Origin: Cylindrospermopsis raciborskii Cr2010
Lineage (GTDB): Bacteria; Cyanobacteriota; Cyanobacteriia; Cyanobacteriales; Nostocaceae
Direction of reading: 5' to 3'
Assembly (NCBI RefSeq): GCF_003367075.2
Contig: NZ_CP065936.1
Coordinates: 2,250,001 to 2,282,000, forward strand
Length of the DNA: 32,000 nt
Position 1 is the stretch's first letter; the number at the start of each line of letters is the position of its first letter. Below are positions 7,521-16,446 of this stretch, one piece after another. The notes under the pieces were generated by a model. That model did not search any database, was not told the DNA's origin, and worked only from the letters and a program-made list of their open reading frames with translations. The position numbers and the translations under genes are program-made.

Positions 7521-10500
7521 ATCAGCTGTTGCTACAAGAGTCACTCTTCCCTTAGAACCATAACCAACCTCACCAATATATCGGTTAGAATCATATAGTT
7601 CGGCTACAATATATTCTGCTGACTGGTGTGGTTCTAACTTAGGACTTAAATCAATCGCTTTCAAAAATACCTTTGGCCATTCCCATCTCAAACTCTTGGT
7701 CAATCCAAATAATCCTCCCCCAATAATTCCGAAGTTTTCTGTATGATCTAAACCAAATGTACCGTCAAGATGAACAACTGTGCAAAAACTAACTCTTCCT
7801 TCCAGATTGGCAGCATTATTCAGTGATTGTTTCAAGTGTTTAGCTATCAAAAAGATATGTTTAACAATTACCTTTTCGGTTTCTAAATAGGCAAGATTGG
7901 TAGTTGAGAAGTACGGATGAAGATGAATAAATGCTCCAATTTTACCATATTGAACACTAATACTTTGCAGTAGTAATTGTAGATGTTCTTCGCTCATATT
8001 TGCCAGATTGATGCGAGTGACTCCTACTGGTAATGGTGACCGTTCTGGAACAATTGATTGGGGAAAACTTAAAACTACTACCTTCCAACCTTTATCTATC
8101 AACCCATGAACTAATTTTGTGGTAGTTAGAGAACCATCGTCAGTAATTAGTCCTATATGTCCTCCAGGTAATTGGCATTCCCAAAAATCGGGTTCCGGTA
8201 AGATTTTCAATTTAACTGGACGACGGGGAAGATTAGGGTCAATAGTAGGTGGTGGGGTTAAATCCACCACCGTGGCTTTTATTTGCTCAAAATCAAGATT
8301 TTTTTTTTCAACCACCACCAGACTTTGGAGGTAGTTAACTATCTGTCTAATTGTCCTCAGGTCTCCTAATTCCTCTAAGTTAGGTTTAGGTAAATCTGGG
8401 TATACTTCTTGCATTCCCCCTAATATTTCTACCCTTTTTATGGAATCTATCCCCAGGTCAGCTTCCATGTCCATATCCAGTTCTAACATCTCTACTGGAT
8501 AACCAGTTTTTTCACTGGTAATTTTTAACAAGGTTTCAGCTATACTGCTGTATTCATCACTGGTAGGGGGGGAATGGGGAATGTCAACTGGAGAAGGAAT
8601 GATCAATTCAGATGTTACTTTGGGATCCACATTCTTAACTATATGCTCAGAATGATTTACCTGGTTAGTAGTCGGGTTGGTTAGGACTTGTTTTTCTAGA
8701 TATTCAACTATTTGACCAATGGTGCGTTTTTCCGCTAGTTCTTCCAAATTAGGCTTGGGTAAATCGGGATATAATTCTTGTAACCCACCTAATATTTCCA
8801 CCCGTTTGATAGAGTCAATTCCTAAGTCAGCTTCCATATCCATGTCAAATTCTAACATTTCTATGGGATAACCAGTTTTTTCGCTGGTGATAGATAGAAG
8901 ACTTTTACCTATGTCTTGAATATCAATTGCGGATTTTTTCGTTTGGGAACTTATAGCAATTTCCGTAACTGGTACAGGTGGTTGTTCAACCCTGGTCTCC
9001 GGGATGGGTGTTATAACTGGCTGAGTTTCTATAATTGTTGGTTGTGGAATTTGTACTTCCAATGTTTTACTAGTAGAGCTAACAACCATTTCTGACACAG
9101 TTAGTTGGGAATTTTGTGGCGAAATCTCCCGCAGATTTTCCGTGTGTATATCCGTAAGTTGGAGGGGAATTACAGGTGTTAGTTCTTCTGCACCGTCAAT
9201 TAGCAGTGAATATTCCTGTTGGATGAGGTGGAAAAAATTCTTGGTATGTTCTAACTGTTCCCGTAAGTATTGTTCATGAATGCGCAGGGTTTCCGCTTGC
9301 TGATGATGAAATTGCATCATGCTGCGCTCAAAGCTGTCCATGATTGATTTTTTAGTTTCCCCAGTTTCAGGAGATTTATTATTCATAAACAAGGTATTCT
9401 GTTGCTGAACTAATTGAAAAAAAGTCTTGGCATATTCGATTTGATGCTGGAGGTAAGTGTCATGAATCTGTAAGTTATCACTTTGACTATTTTGGAATTG
9501 GCTAAGGAGATTTTCTAGACTAGCTAAAACCTGTTGAAACTCAGTATTTTTATCTGATATTGTCATTTTCCCTCCTAAAACCTGTACCATTGGGTAAGTT
9601 AATATGGGTAACTGTTCCTCAGCTCGAAGGCTGGAATTAATAGGATTAGCAGAATTCATTTGGGGGTCTGTTGATAAAGAACTGATAATTGATGTTTGTT
9701 GATCTCTGTTACCATTGCCATTAGTAGTATGTACTATTTCAACTACTTCTTTTTCTGGTATAAGTTCAGAAGGTTTATCAATTACTGAAACCGGTTGAAT
9801 TTGTGGAACACCCTGAATTTTAAACCCATCATTTAGTGCTTTTTCAAAGGCATTTTTAGTTTTTTCTGAAACGTAATTAATACCTTTGAGTTTAACATTT
9901 AAACTTTTTTGGCTGATTTCTTTAGAGAATATTTCTGGTAATTGGTATGGGTCAATATTACCTAATTCCATACCCAGAACCTGTAGTTGTACCGCTGCTT
10001 CTCTAAGGGAAATATCACTACTTTTGTGAGTGCTAGGATTCAAAGATATAGTAATATGTGGACGTTCTCCCAAAATATCCTTAACTAGGTTGGTCAGAAT
10101 CCGTTTCGGTCCAAATTCCACAAAGCAATAACCACCAGCAGCATAGATATTTTCTATTTGCTGTGTAAAATTAACTGAACTGGCCAGATGACTTTCTAAT
10201 ATCCGTTGAATCTTATCCGATTCTTGAGGATACTGTTGAGCTGTAACATTGCTAAAAACGGGAATTTTAGGATTGAGTAATTTGACAGATTTAGTGGCAA
10301 TAGCAAAGGATTTTTGGGCAAATGCAATTAGGGGGGTATGGAAAGCAGCAGCAACAGGTAAGAGTACAGCACCATAGCCTAAATCTTGAAATTTCTGATG
10401 AATTTTCTGAATTTCATGGCTAGGACCAGCTAAAACTACTTGGCTAGGAGAATTAAAATTAGCAATCGTAATTTTTGGGAAATTTTTCAGTACTAATTCT

Positions 10501-12833
10501 ACCTTGCTAATTTCTTCCTTGACTGCTAACATACTACCTGCATCATGGTCAGGATCTTTGGGCGCAGCCATTGCCTTTCCTCGAGCTTTTACTAAGTATA
10601 AATAATCTGATTCACTCAAAACTCCTGCTGCTAGTAAAGCAGTCAATTCTCCAAAACTATGACCAGCAGTGAAATCAGATTTAAACCCAGCTTGCTGAAA
10701 AATAGAATACAAACCAGCACTAAAAACACCTATAGCAGGTTGTGCATATTCGGTTCTTTGTAAAGTGGCAATTTGGTCAGCTTTCTCTGTTTGGTTAAAG
10801 GTAGGATGGGGAAAAACTACTTGGGAAATTGGCTGTAAATTATCCTCAATTAACAGGCTATCCATTAATCCATATAGGCGACGTAAAGCCGGGAAATTCA
10901 TCACAGCTTCTCTACCCATCTCTAAATATTGAGAACCTTGACCTGAAAATAGGGCTACTACTTTCCCCCTTAATTTAATACCAGAAGCTCGATAATAAAT
11001 CCCTTGAGGATGTTCCCAGTTCAGGGTAGATTGTTTATTTTTTAATAGATCAATGCTCAGAGCTAATAGTTTACAAGCATCCGCTTTATTCCCAGCTACA
11101 AAGCCAATTCTTGCTGCATTTTGAGGAATCTGAATATTCCTGCATTCCTCAACTAACTGAGAATAGTATCTGTTACTATCTCCAGCTTGTAAATTCTCTA
11201 AACTTGTCTCTAAATTTTTAATTAGCTCACTGGGATTAGGAGCAGAAAATAAAATTTGACTGGCCACATCATGTAGACGATAAGGTTGTTGTTGTTCCTG
11301 TTGATATTCTTCCAAAACCAAATGATAATTGGTACCACCAAAACCAAAGGAGCTAACTCCCGCTCTTCTGGGTGATTCACTCTCTCCACGTATCCAAGGT
11401 CGAGTTTCAGTATTCAAATAAAAGCAGGAATTTTCAATATCTAACTTAGGATTAGGTTCAGTAATATTGATAGTTGGCGGTAATATCTTATGATATAGCG
11501 CCAAAGCTGTTTTCACTAAACTTGCTGCACCTGCTGCTGCTTTCGTATGCCCAATTTGAGATTTGACACTACCTAGGGCAATATATTGTTTTCTTTCATC
11601 ATGTTTACTGAAGAAGCTTTGTAAGGAAGCAAACTCCGTTGGATCTCCAGCCATAGTTCCTGTACCATGTGCTTCCATTAGTCCTAATGTCGTAGGAGAA
11701 AAACCAGCATCGTTATAAGCCCGTTCTAAAGCTTTCACTTGTCCTTCCTTTCTGGGAGCATAAATGCTCTTATAGCGTCCATCACTGGAAGTTCCAATAC
11801 CCTTAATTACAGCATAAATTCTATCACCATCTTTTTGTGCATCTTCTAGCCTTTTGAGAACTAACATGGCGATACCTTCACCCAACATCATCCCATCGGA
11901 TTTAGCATCAAAGGGTTTAACATTTTCACCAGGAGAAACCGCAGGAGTTTTACTAAAGGAAATGTAAGCCATGATGGTGTTATCTGTATCTACACCACCG
12001 GTTAACATCATATCGCTCCGATATTCTACCAGTTCACTAATAGCCATTTTTAAAGCACCAAAGGAACTAGCACAAGCAGCATCAACAACACAGTTCATAC
12101 CACCAAAGTTCAATCGGTTGGCAATACGTCCTGCTACGACATTTGCTAGCATTCCAGGAAAAGCATTTTCATCCCATTTAATGTAGGCACTTTTGATTTT
12201 TTCGACGATTTTTTGAGTATCTTCTGGTGATAAACCACTACTTATCAGAACTTTTTCCCATACGGGATATTCTAATCTAGCTGATAATGGCATACCTAAT
12301 TGTTTAGCCATTGCTACCCCTAAGATTACCCCCACATTCTCTCGATTAAATTCACGAGCTTCACCATAACCAGCATCTTCCATTGCTTCTTTGGCAACTA
12401 CTAAGCTCAAGAGTTGCGATACATCAGTAACTTCTAAAATGCTAGGAGGAATGCCAAATTCCATGGGGTTAAAATCAACTTCAGGAATAAATCCACCCCG
12501 CTTACAATAGGTTTTATCCTCCGGTGTTCTAGGATTGGGATCGTAGTAATCTTTAACACTCCAGTGGCTCTCTGGAACATCAGTAATACAATCAGCTTTA
12601 CTCACAATATTTTGCCAATATTGTCTTAAATTTCTTGACTGTGGTAGTAGAGAAGCCATCCCCACAATAGCAATGGGGTTCTGTTGCAGTTGTCTGTTAA
12701 CTTTCTTAGTTGAGATTTCGTTTCCTGAATTCATTTTTCTTGCCTCTATAAATCTAATCAAATCATTTTCACAACTGTTAATTAGGTTCTCTAACTCTGC
12801 TAAGGCAGTATTTATTGAATCAGCAGACATCAT
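7518..12833 (-). CDS. hglE: Type I PKS, PfaA-like: KS - AT - two helical repeats - ACP - ACP - Rossmann-like pseudo-KR; main heterocyst glycolipid synthase
   Basis: 1771-aa ORF. KS: VVDAACASSFGALKMA, EAHGTGTMAGDPTE, GSVKSQIGHTKAAAG. AT: FSGQGSQYLEMG, GHSFGELTA, AAFHTPL. Two ACPs each carry DMEADLGIDSIKRVEILGG. The C-terminal ~265 aa is Rossmann-like but has a degenerate glycine motif (GLITDDGSLTTTKL). Confidence 0.92.
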   Translation of the reverse strand: MMSADSINTALAELENLINSCENDLIRFIEARKMNSGNEISTKKVNRQLQQNPIAIVGMASLLPQSRNLRQYWQNIVSKADCITDVPESHWSVKDYYDPNPRTPEDKTYCKRGGFIPEVDFNPMEFGIPPSILEVTDVSQLLSLVVAKEAMEDAGYGEAREFNRENVGVILGVAMAKQLGMPLSARLEYPVWEKVLISSGLSPEDTQKIVEKIKSAYIKWDENAFPGMLANVVAGRIANRLNFGGMNCVVDAACASSFGALKMAISELVEYRSDMMLTGGVDTDNTIMAYISFSKTPAVSPGENVKPFDAKSDGMMLGEGIAMLVLKRLEDAQKDGDRIYAVIKGIGTSSDGRYKSIYAPRKEGQVKALERAYNDAGFSPTTLGLMEAHGTGTMAGDPTEFASLQSFFSKHDERKQYIALGSVKSQIGHTKAAAGAASLVKTALALYHKILPPTINITEPNPKLDIENSCFYLNTETRPWIRGESESPRRAGVSSFGFGGTNYHLVLEEYQQEQQQPYRLHDVASQILFSAPNPSELIKNLETSLENLQAGDSNRYYSQLVEECRNIQIPQNAARIGFVAGNKADACKLLALSIDLLKNKQSTLNWEHPQGIYYRASGIKLRGKVVALFSGQGSQYLEMGREAVMNFPALRRLYGLMDSLLIEDNLQPISQVVFPHPTFNQTEKADQIATLQRTEYAQPAIGVFSAGLYSIFQQAGFKSDFTAGHSFGELTALLAAGVLSESDYLYLVKARGKAMAAPKDPDHDAGSMLAVKEEISKVELVLKNFPKITIANFNSPSQVVLAGPSHEIQKIHQKFQDLGYGAVLLPVAAAFHTPLIAFAQKSFAIATKSVKLLNPKIPVFSNVTAQQYPQESDKIQRILESHLASSVNFTQQIENIYAAGGYCFVEFGPKRILTNLVKDILGERPHITISLNPSTHKSSDISLREAAVQLQVLGMELGNIDPYQLPEIFSKEISQKSLNVKLKGINYVSEKTKNAFEKALNDGFKIQGVPQIQPVSVIDKPSELIPEKEVVEIVHTTNGNGNRDQQTSIISSLSTDPQMNSANPINSSLRAEEQLPILTYPMVQVLGGKMTISDKNTEFQQVLASLENLLSQFQNSQSDNLQIHDTYLQHQIEYAKTFFQLVQQQNTLFMNNKSPETGETKKSIMDSFERSMMQFHHQQAETLRIHEQYLREQLEHTKNFFHLIQQEYSLLIDGAEELTPVIPLQLTDIHTENLREISPQNSQLTVSEMVVSSTSKTLEVQIPQPTIIETQPVITPIPETRVEQPPVPVTEIAISSQTKKSAIDIQDIGKSLLSITSEKTGYPIEMLEFDMDMEADLGIDSIKRVEILGGLQELYPDLPKPNLEELAEKRTIGQIVEYLEKQVLTNPTTNQVNHSEHIVKNVDPKVTSELIIPSPVDIPHSPPTSDEYSSIAETLLKITSEKTGYPVEMLELDMDMEADLGIDSIKRVEILGGMQEVYPDLPKPNLEELGDLRTIRQIVNYLQSLVVVEKKNLDFEQIKATVVDLTPPPTIDPNLPRRPVKLKILPEPDFWECQLPGGHIGLITDDGSLTTTKLVHGLIDKGWKVVVLSFPQSIVPERSPLPVGVTRINLANMSEEHLQLLLQSISVQYGKIGAFIHLHPYFSTTNLAYLETEKVIVKHIFLIAKHLKQSLNNAANLEGRVSFCTVVHLDGTFGLDHTENFGIIGGGLFGLTKSLRWEWPKVFLKAIDLSPKLEPHQSAEYIVAELYDSNRYIGEVGYGSKGRVTLVATAD

Positions 12834-13385
12834 GGCATATGGTAATTTTGGGGAATGGTAACTTTTAAGCTACAGTAATTTCTATAGCGGGGATATTAAT
12901 CAAACAATCATGAAATAATACTATACACTGTTGTCTTTCCTTTTCTTGTTTGTTTAGAAACATTATCAGTGATTAATTGGCGGATTTCATAATTACCCTA
13001 GCTTTCTCAACTTTATGCTGGCATTGATTTAGCAAGCAAGTTGGGATAATCTATTTTATGGTATTCTGGGAATATAACCCGCTACATCTGCTACAGAAAT
13101 AATATTTATTGTCTGGTGGTCTAACTCGGAACTTAGAGAGATTAAGAGAATGATTCATTTCCTACTTTCTCCTGTTTAATTAATTTAAAGAATAGCACAA
13201 TTTAAAGAAATTCAATAGTTTACTTCCACTAGATTGAGACAAATATTTCTACTTTAGGCAATGATTTGTATTTCCCTGTTGCATTTAGCAGTATACTCCT
13301 GAACTAAAATCTATCTGATTATGTGAGTAAATTCCACCCTTGTTCTCCTATGGAAAATTGAGATATCAATGCTTTTATCATATCT

Positions 13386-13399
13386 GTAATCTAACTTAC
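13386..13399. promoter_or_regulatory. Candidate NtcA-type site (GTA-N8-TAC) in the hglE/hgdB divergent region
   Basis: GTAATCTAACTTAC fits the palindromic GTA-N8-TAC consensus exactly. I found no well-spaced TAnnnT -10 box about 22 nt away on either strand. A chance match is quite plausible in 1.1 kb of AT-rich DNA. Confidence 0.2.
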
Positions 13400-13424
13400 A
13401 AATTAGCAAATACACTCCCAATCC

Positions 13425-13468
13425 AGATAAATTATCATATTTTATCAAAAAAACATGATAATTTATCT
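13425..13468. promoter_or_regulatory. Perfect 14-bp inverted repeat (AGATAAATTATCAT - 16 nt - ATGATAATTTATCT): candidate operator or RNA hairpin
   Basis: Arms at 13425-13438 and 13455-13468 are exact reverse complements. The spacer is ATTTTATCAAAAAAAC. It is the longest perfect palindromic element I found in the intergenic region. The sequence is certain; the function is inferred. Confidence 0.35.
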
Positions 13469-13976
13469 TTGATATTTGATGAATTCATAATATACTCATA
13501 TCTTGGCTTTCCATAGTTATTTAGTGAGCAAATCTTAACTTGTGAATGTAATTAACTATTAAAAGTAATATACTGAATTTGTGATGAAATGATTATATTT
13601 TTGAAAAAAATAGATTCTAGTTAACATTCGGCAATTATGTGGAGAAATCATCATAAATGAGTTAATTTACTTAATTTTATAGATTGACAAAATTCTGAGC
13701 CTTTGGCAGAATAAGAAGTAGGGTTTTTGTTTTAAATTAGTGTGATCAACTATTTTTGAGAGACTATGAAAAAATAATCTCATGCTTTAGTCATCTCGGT
13801 AACTTAGATATTTTTTAGTGATTCGTATTTATGGTTACTTTGTTGTACTCTAATTCAAGATAGAAATAACTGTAATTAGAAGTTGGTTTAACATCTATTT
13901 ACAATTAAATTTTTCGCTTATTAGGAGTTTGTGAAAAGATTGAATTACACCTAAGTAGAAAAGAACAGGAGCAAGT

Positions 13977-15185
13977 ATGGTAACGAGCAAACAAAATCAA
14001 TTATTAATACATGCTGCTAAGAAGTGGAAAATAATTATTGCTGCTTCCCTTGCTATAGCTGCTGGTTTAGCATCTTTCTCTAGCTTTTCTCAGTTAAAAC
14101 TAAAACCCAATTTTCCTATCAACTCTTCCCCAGTAAAAACCCAAAAAGCACCCAAAGTGAAATTTTATGTCACCGCTTTGGGGAGACTACAACCACAAGG
14201 AGAAATTACCTATTTATCTGCTCCCAATTCTATTAATGGTGTACGTGTAGAAAAGCTATTAGTGGAAGAGGGTAAGCAAGTACAAGCTGGGGAAACTTTA
14301 GCATATCTAGAGAATTATGAACGATCAAAGGCTGCAGTCAAACAGGCATTCAATAAATTATTAATTGTTAAATCAAGACTAGCGCAAGTTAAAGCGGGAG
14401 CAAAAGTAGGAGATGTGAATTCTCAAAAAGCAGTGGTGACCAGATTATACTCACAGTTAGAAGGTGAAGTGACCACACAAACAGCGACAATAAATCGTAT
14501 TCAAGCTGAAGTGGAGAATGCTACCAAAGAGAGTGATCGCTATCAAAAACTATACCAAGATGGGGCAATTTCTGCTGCCATTTTAGATACCAAACTGCTA
14601 CAATTGAAGACATCACAACAAAAGTTAATGGAAGCTAAAGCCACACTACAAAGCAGTAAGAATACTTTAGAGAATCAAATTCAAGAAGCTAAAGCCAGAC
14701 TAGACAGTATTAAAGAGGTAAGAAATGTAGATGTAGCTTTAGCACAGAGCGAGGTTGAGAGTGCAGAAACTGCTATTCAGCAGGCAAAAGCAGATCATGA
14801 TTTAACTTATATTAAATCACCCATAGATGCCAGAATTTTAAAAATTCATGCCAAAAATGGGGAAATTATAGGTATTTCTGGATTTGCAGAGCTAGGAAAA
14901 ACTTCGCCAATGAATGTCATCGCTGAAGTTTATCAGACCGATATTCAAAAAGTGAAAATTGGACAAAAAGCGGTTATTACCAGTGGAGCATTTTCTGATA
15001 AAATACGAGCAACAGTGAAAGAGATTGGTTGGCAAGTTGACAAACAAAGCATCTTTAGTATTAACCCAAGTTCAGATACAGATCGGAGAATTGTTCATGT
15101 TAGATTAGTCATTGATTCTCCAGATGATAGCCAAAAAGTATATCGACTAACCAATTTACAGGTAGATGTTGCCATTGAAATTTAG
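13977..15185 (+). CDS. hgdB: DevB-family membrane fusion protein (HlyD-like) of an HGL exporter
   Basis: 402-aa ORF with AGGAG 6 nt upstream of the ATG. It has an N-terminal TM helix, a barrel-sandwich start (VTALGRLQPQGEITYLSAP...VEKLLVEEGKQVQAGETLAYLE), a long coiled-coil middle and a C-terminal beta domain. It is followed 3 nt later by a DevC-like permease. Symbol from synteny with Anabaena all5347. Confidence 0.85.
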   Translation: MVTSKQNQLLIHAAKKWKIIIAASLAIAAGLASFSSFSQLKLKPNFPINSSPVKTQKAPKVKFYVTALGRLQPQGEITYLSAPNSINGVRVEKLLVEEGKQVQAGETLAYLENYERSKAAVKQAFNKLLIVKSRLAQVKAGAKVGDVNSQKAVVTRLYSQLEGEVTTQTATINRIQAEVENATKESDRYQKLYQDGAISAAILDTKLLQLKTSQQKLMEAKATLQSSKNTLENQIQEAKARLDSIKEVRNVDVALAQSEVESAETAIQQAKADHDLTYIKSPIDARILKIHAKNGEIIGISGFAELGKTSPMNVIAEVYQTDIQKVKIGQKAVITSGAFSDKIRATVKEIGWQVDKQSIFSINPSSDTDRRIVHVRLVIDSPDDSQKVYRLTNLQVDVAIEI

Positions 15186-15188
15186 TTT

Positions 15189-16367
15189 ATGAATCTAAAA
15201 ATTCCTTTAGCGTGGCTACAGTTAGCCCAGCAAAAACTACGTTTTGTTGTAGCTATAGCTGGGATTGCTTTTATCGTACTTTTAATGTTCATTCAACTGG
15301 GTTTTCAAGATGCACTATATTCCAGTGCAACAGCAGTACATCAAAATCTCAAGGGAGATTTATTTATAGTCAGTTCCCAATATAAATCTTTGACCTCAAA
15401 TCAAAGTTTTTCTCGCAGTCGTTTATACCAAACTTTGGGATTTAATGGTGTAGAATCAGTCAATCCCATGTATTTACAATTTGCCAAGTTAAAAAACCCA
15501 GAAACTGGAGAAAAATACTCAATTTATGTAATTGGATTTGATCCGGCAAAATCTCTAATGAATATTCCAGAGGTTGAAGAGAATCTGGATAAACTAAAAA
15601 TTCCTGATATGATGTTATTTGACAGAGATTCTCGCCCGGAATTTGGTCCGATCGCTAAAAGATTTGATCAAGGGAAAACAGAACAGACAATTGAGATTTT
15701 CTCTTTTGATTCTCTGCAGGGCTATCGAGTTAGAGTGGGGGGGTTATTTAGTTTAGGTCCCTCTTTTGGGGTAGATGGTAACTTGATTGTTAGTGACTCC
15801 ACCTTCGTGAGAATTAATCCCCTACTTCGTCCTTCTGAAAAAATAGATGTTGGTATTATTAAACTAAAACCAGAAGCTGACCCAAATCAAGTTTTAAAAA
15901 ACTTACGGGTTAATTTACCCAATGATGTGCAGATTTTTACCAAACAACAATTCATTGATTTTGAAAAGCAATATTGGGCAGCAAGAACACCCATTGGATT
16001 TATTCTCAATTTGATGTTAACTATGGCTTCGGTAGTAGGTGTGGTGATTGTCTATCAGATTCTCTATAGTAATATTGCCACCCAATTTATCGCCTATGCC
16101 ACATTAAAAGCCATTGGCTACGCTAATGGTTATTTATTGAATGTGGTTTTTCAACAAGCCCTGATATTGGCATTACTAGCATATATACCTGGATTTTTAA
16201 TTTCTGTGGGTCTATATGATTTTGCAATGAAAGCTACCCAATTACCAATTCTCATGACCTCTAATAATGCCATAATTGTTTTAATTTCTACAGTGTTAAT
16301 TTCCATGACATCAGGAGCATTGGCAATTAACAAACTCCGATCTGCTGACCCTGCGGATATTTTCTAA
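15189..16367 (+). CDS. hgdC: DevC-family ABC exporter permease (FtsX-like fold)
   Basis: 392-aa ORF. It has an N-terminal TM helix, a large periplasmic domain and three C-terminal TM helices ending in KLRSADPADIF. That is DevC/MacB-type topology. It is tightly linked to the DevB-like gene (TAG ttt ATG). Confidence 0.85.
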   Translation: MNLKIPLAWLQLAQQKLRFVVAIAGIAFIVLLMFIQLGFQDALYSSATAVHQNLKGDLFIVSSQYKSLTSNQSFSRSRLYQTLGFNGVESVNPMYLQFAKLKNPETGEKYSIYVIGFDPAKSLMNIPEVEENLDKLKIPDMMLFDRDSRPEFGPIAKRFDQGKTEQTIEIFSFDSLQGYRVRVGGLFSLGPSFGVDGNLIVSDSTFVRINPLLRPSEKIDVGIIKLKPEADPNQVLKNLRVNLPNDVQIFTKQQFIDFEKQYWAARTPIGFILNLMLTMASVVGVVIVYQILYSNIATQFIAYATLKAIGYANGYLLNVVFQQALILALLAYIPGFLISVGLYDFAMKATQLPILMTSNNAIIVLISTVLISMTSGALAINKLRSADPADIF

Positions 16368-16446
16368 CTTATGACTAACTGATTTGGAAAATTTAATTTC
16401 CAATAATTCTCCTAACTCCCATAATATTAAATCCTACCAGATCAAT

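Noticed and set aside
12834-13976. Heterocyst-specific DIF1 motif (TCCGGA) or a HetR-type GTGAGGGG-N5-CCCCTCAC palindrome in the hglE/hgdB control region
   Set aside because: I scanned the region by eye and found no TCCGGA and no GGGG...CCCC palindrome. I make no such claim.
16384-16446. N-terminal extensions from alternative starts in the ORF track (hgdA TTG 16384, hglT TTG 19493, dctQ GTG 22964, dctP GTG 23071, gloB 30572, membrane protein TTG 31154)
   Set aside because: Downstream ATGs give N-termini that fit family expectations (Rossmann motif spacing, signal peptide at residue 1, MQIIQL for GloB) or have better SD sequences. The extensions remain possible but less likely.
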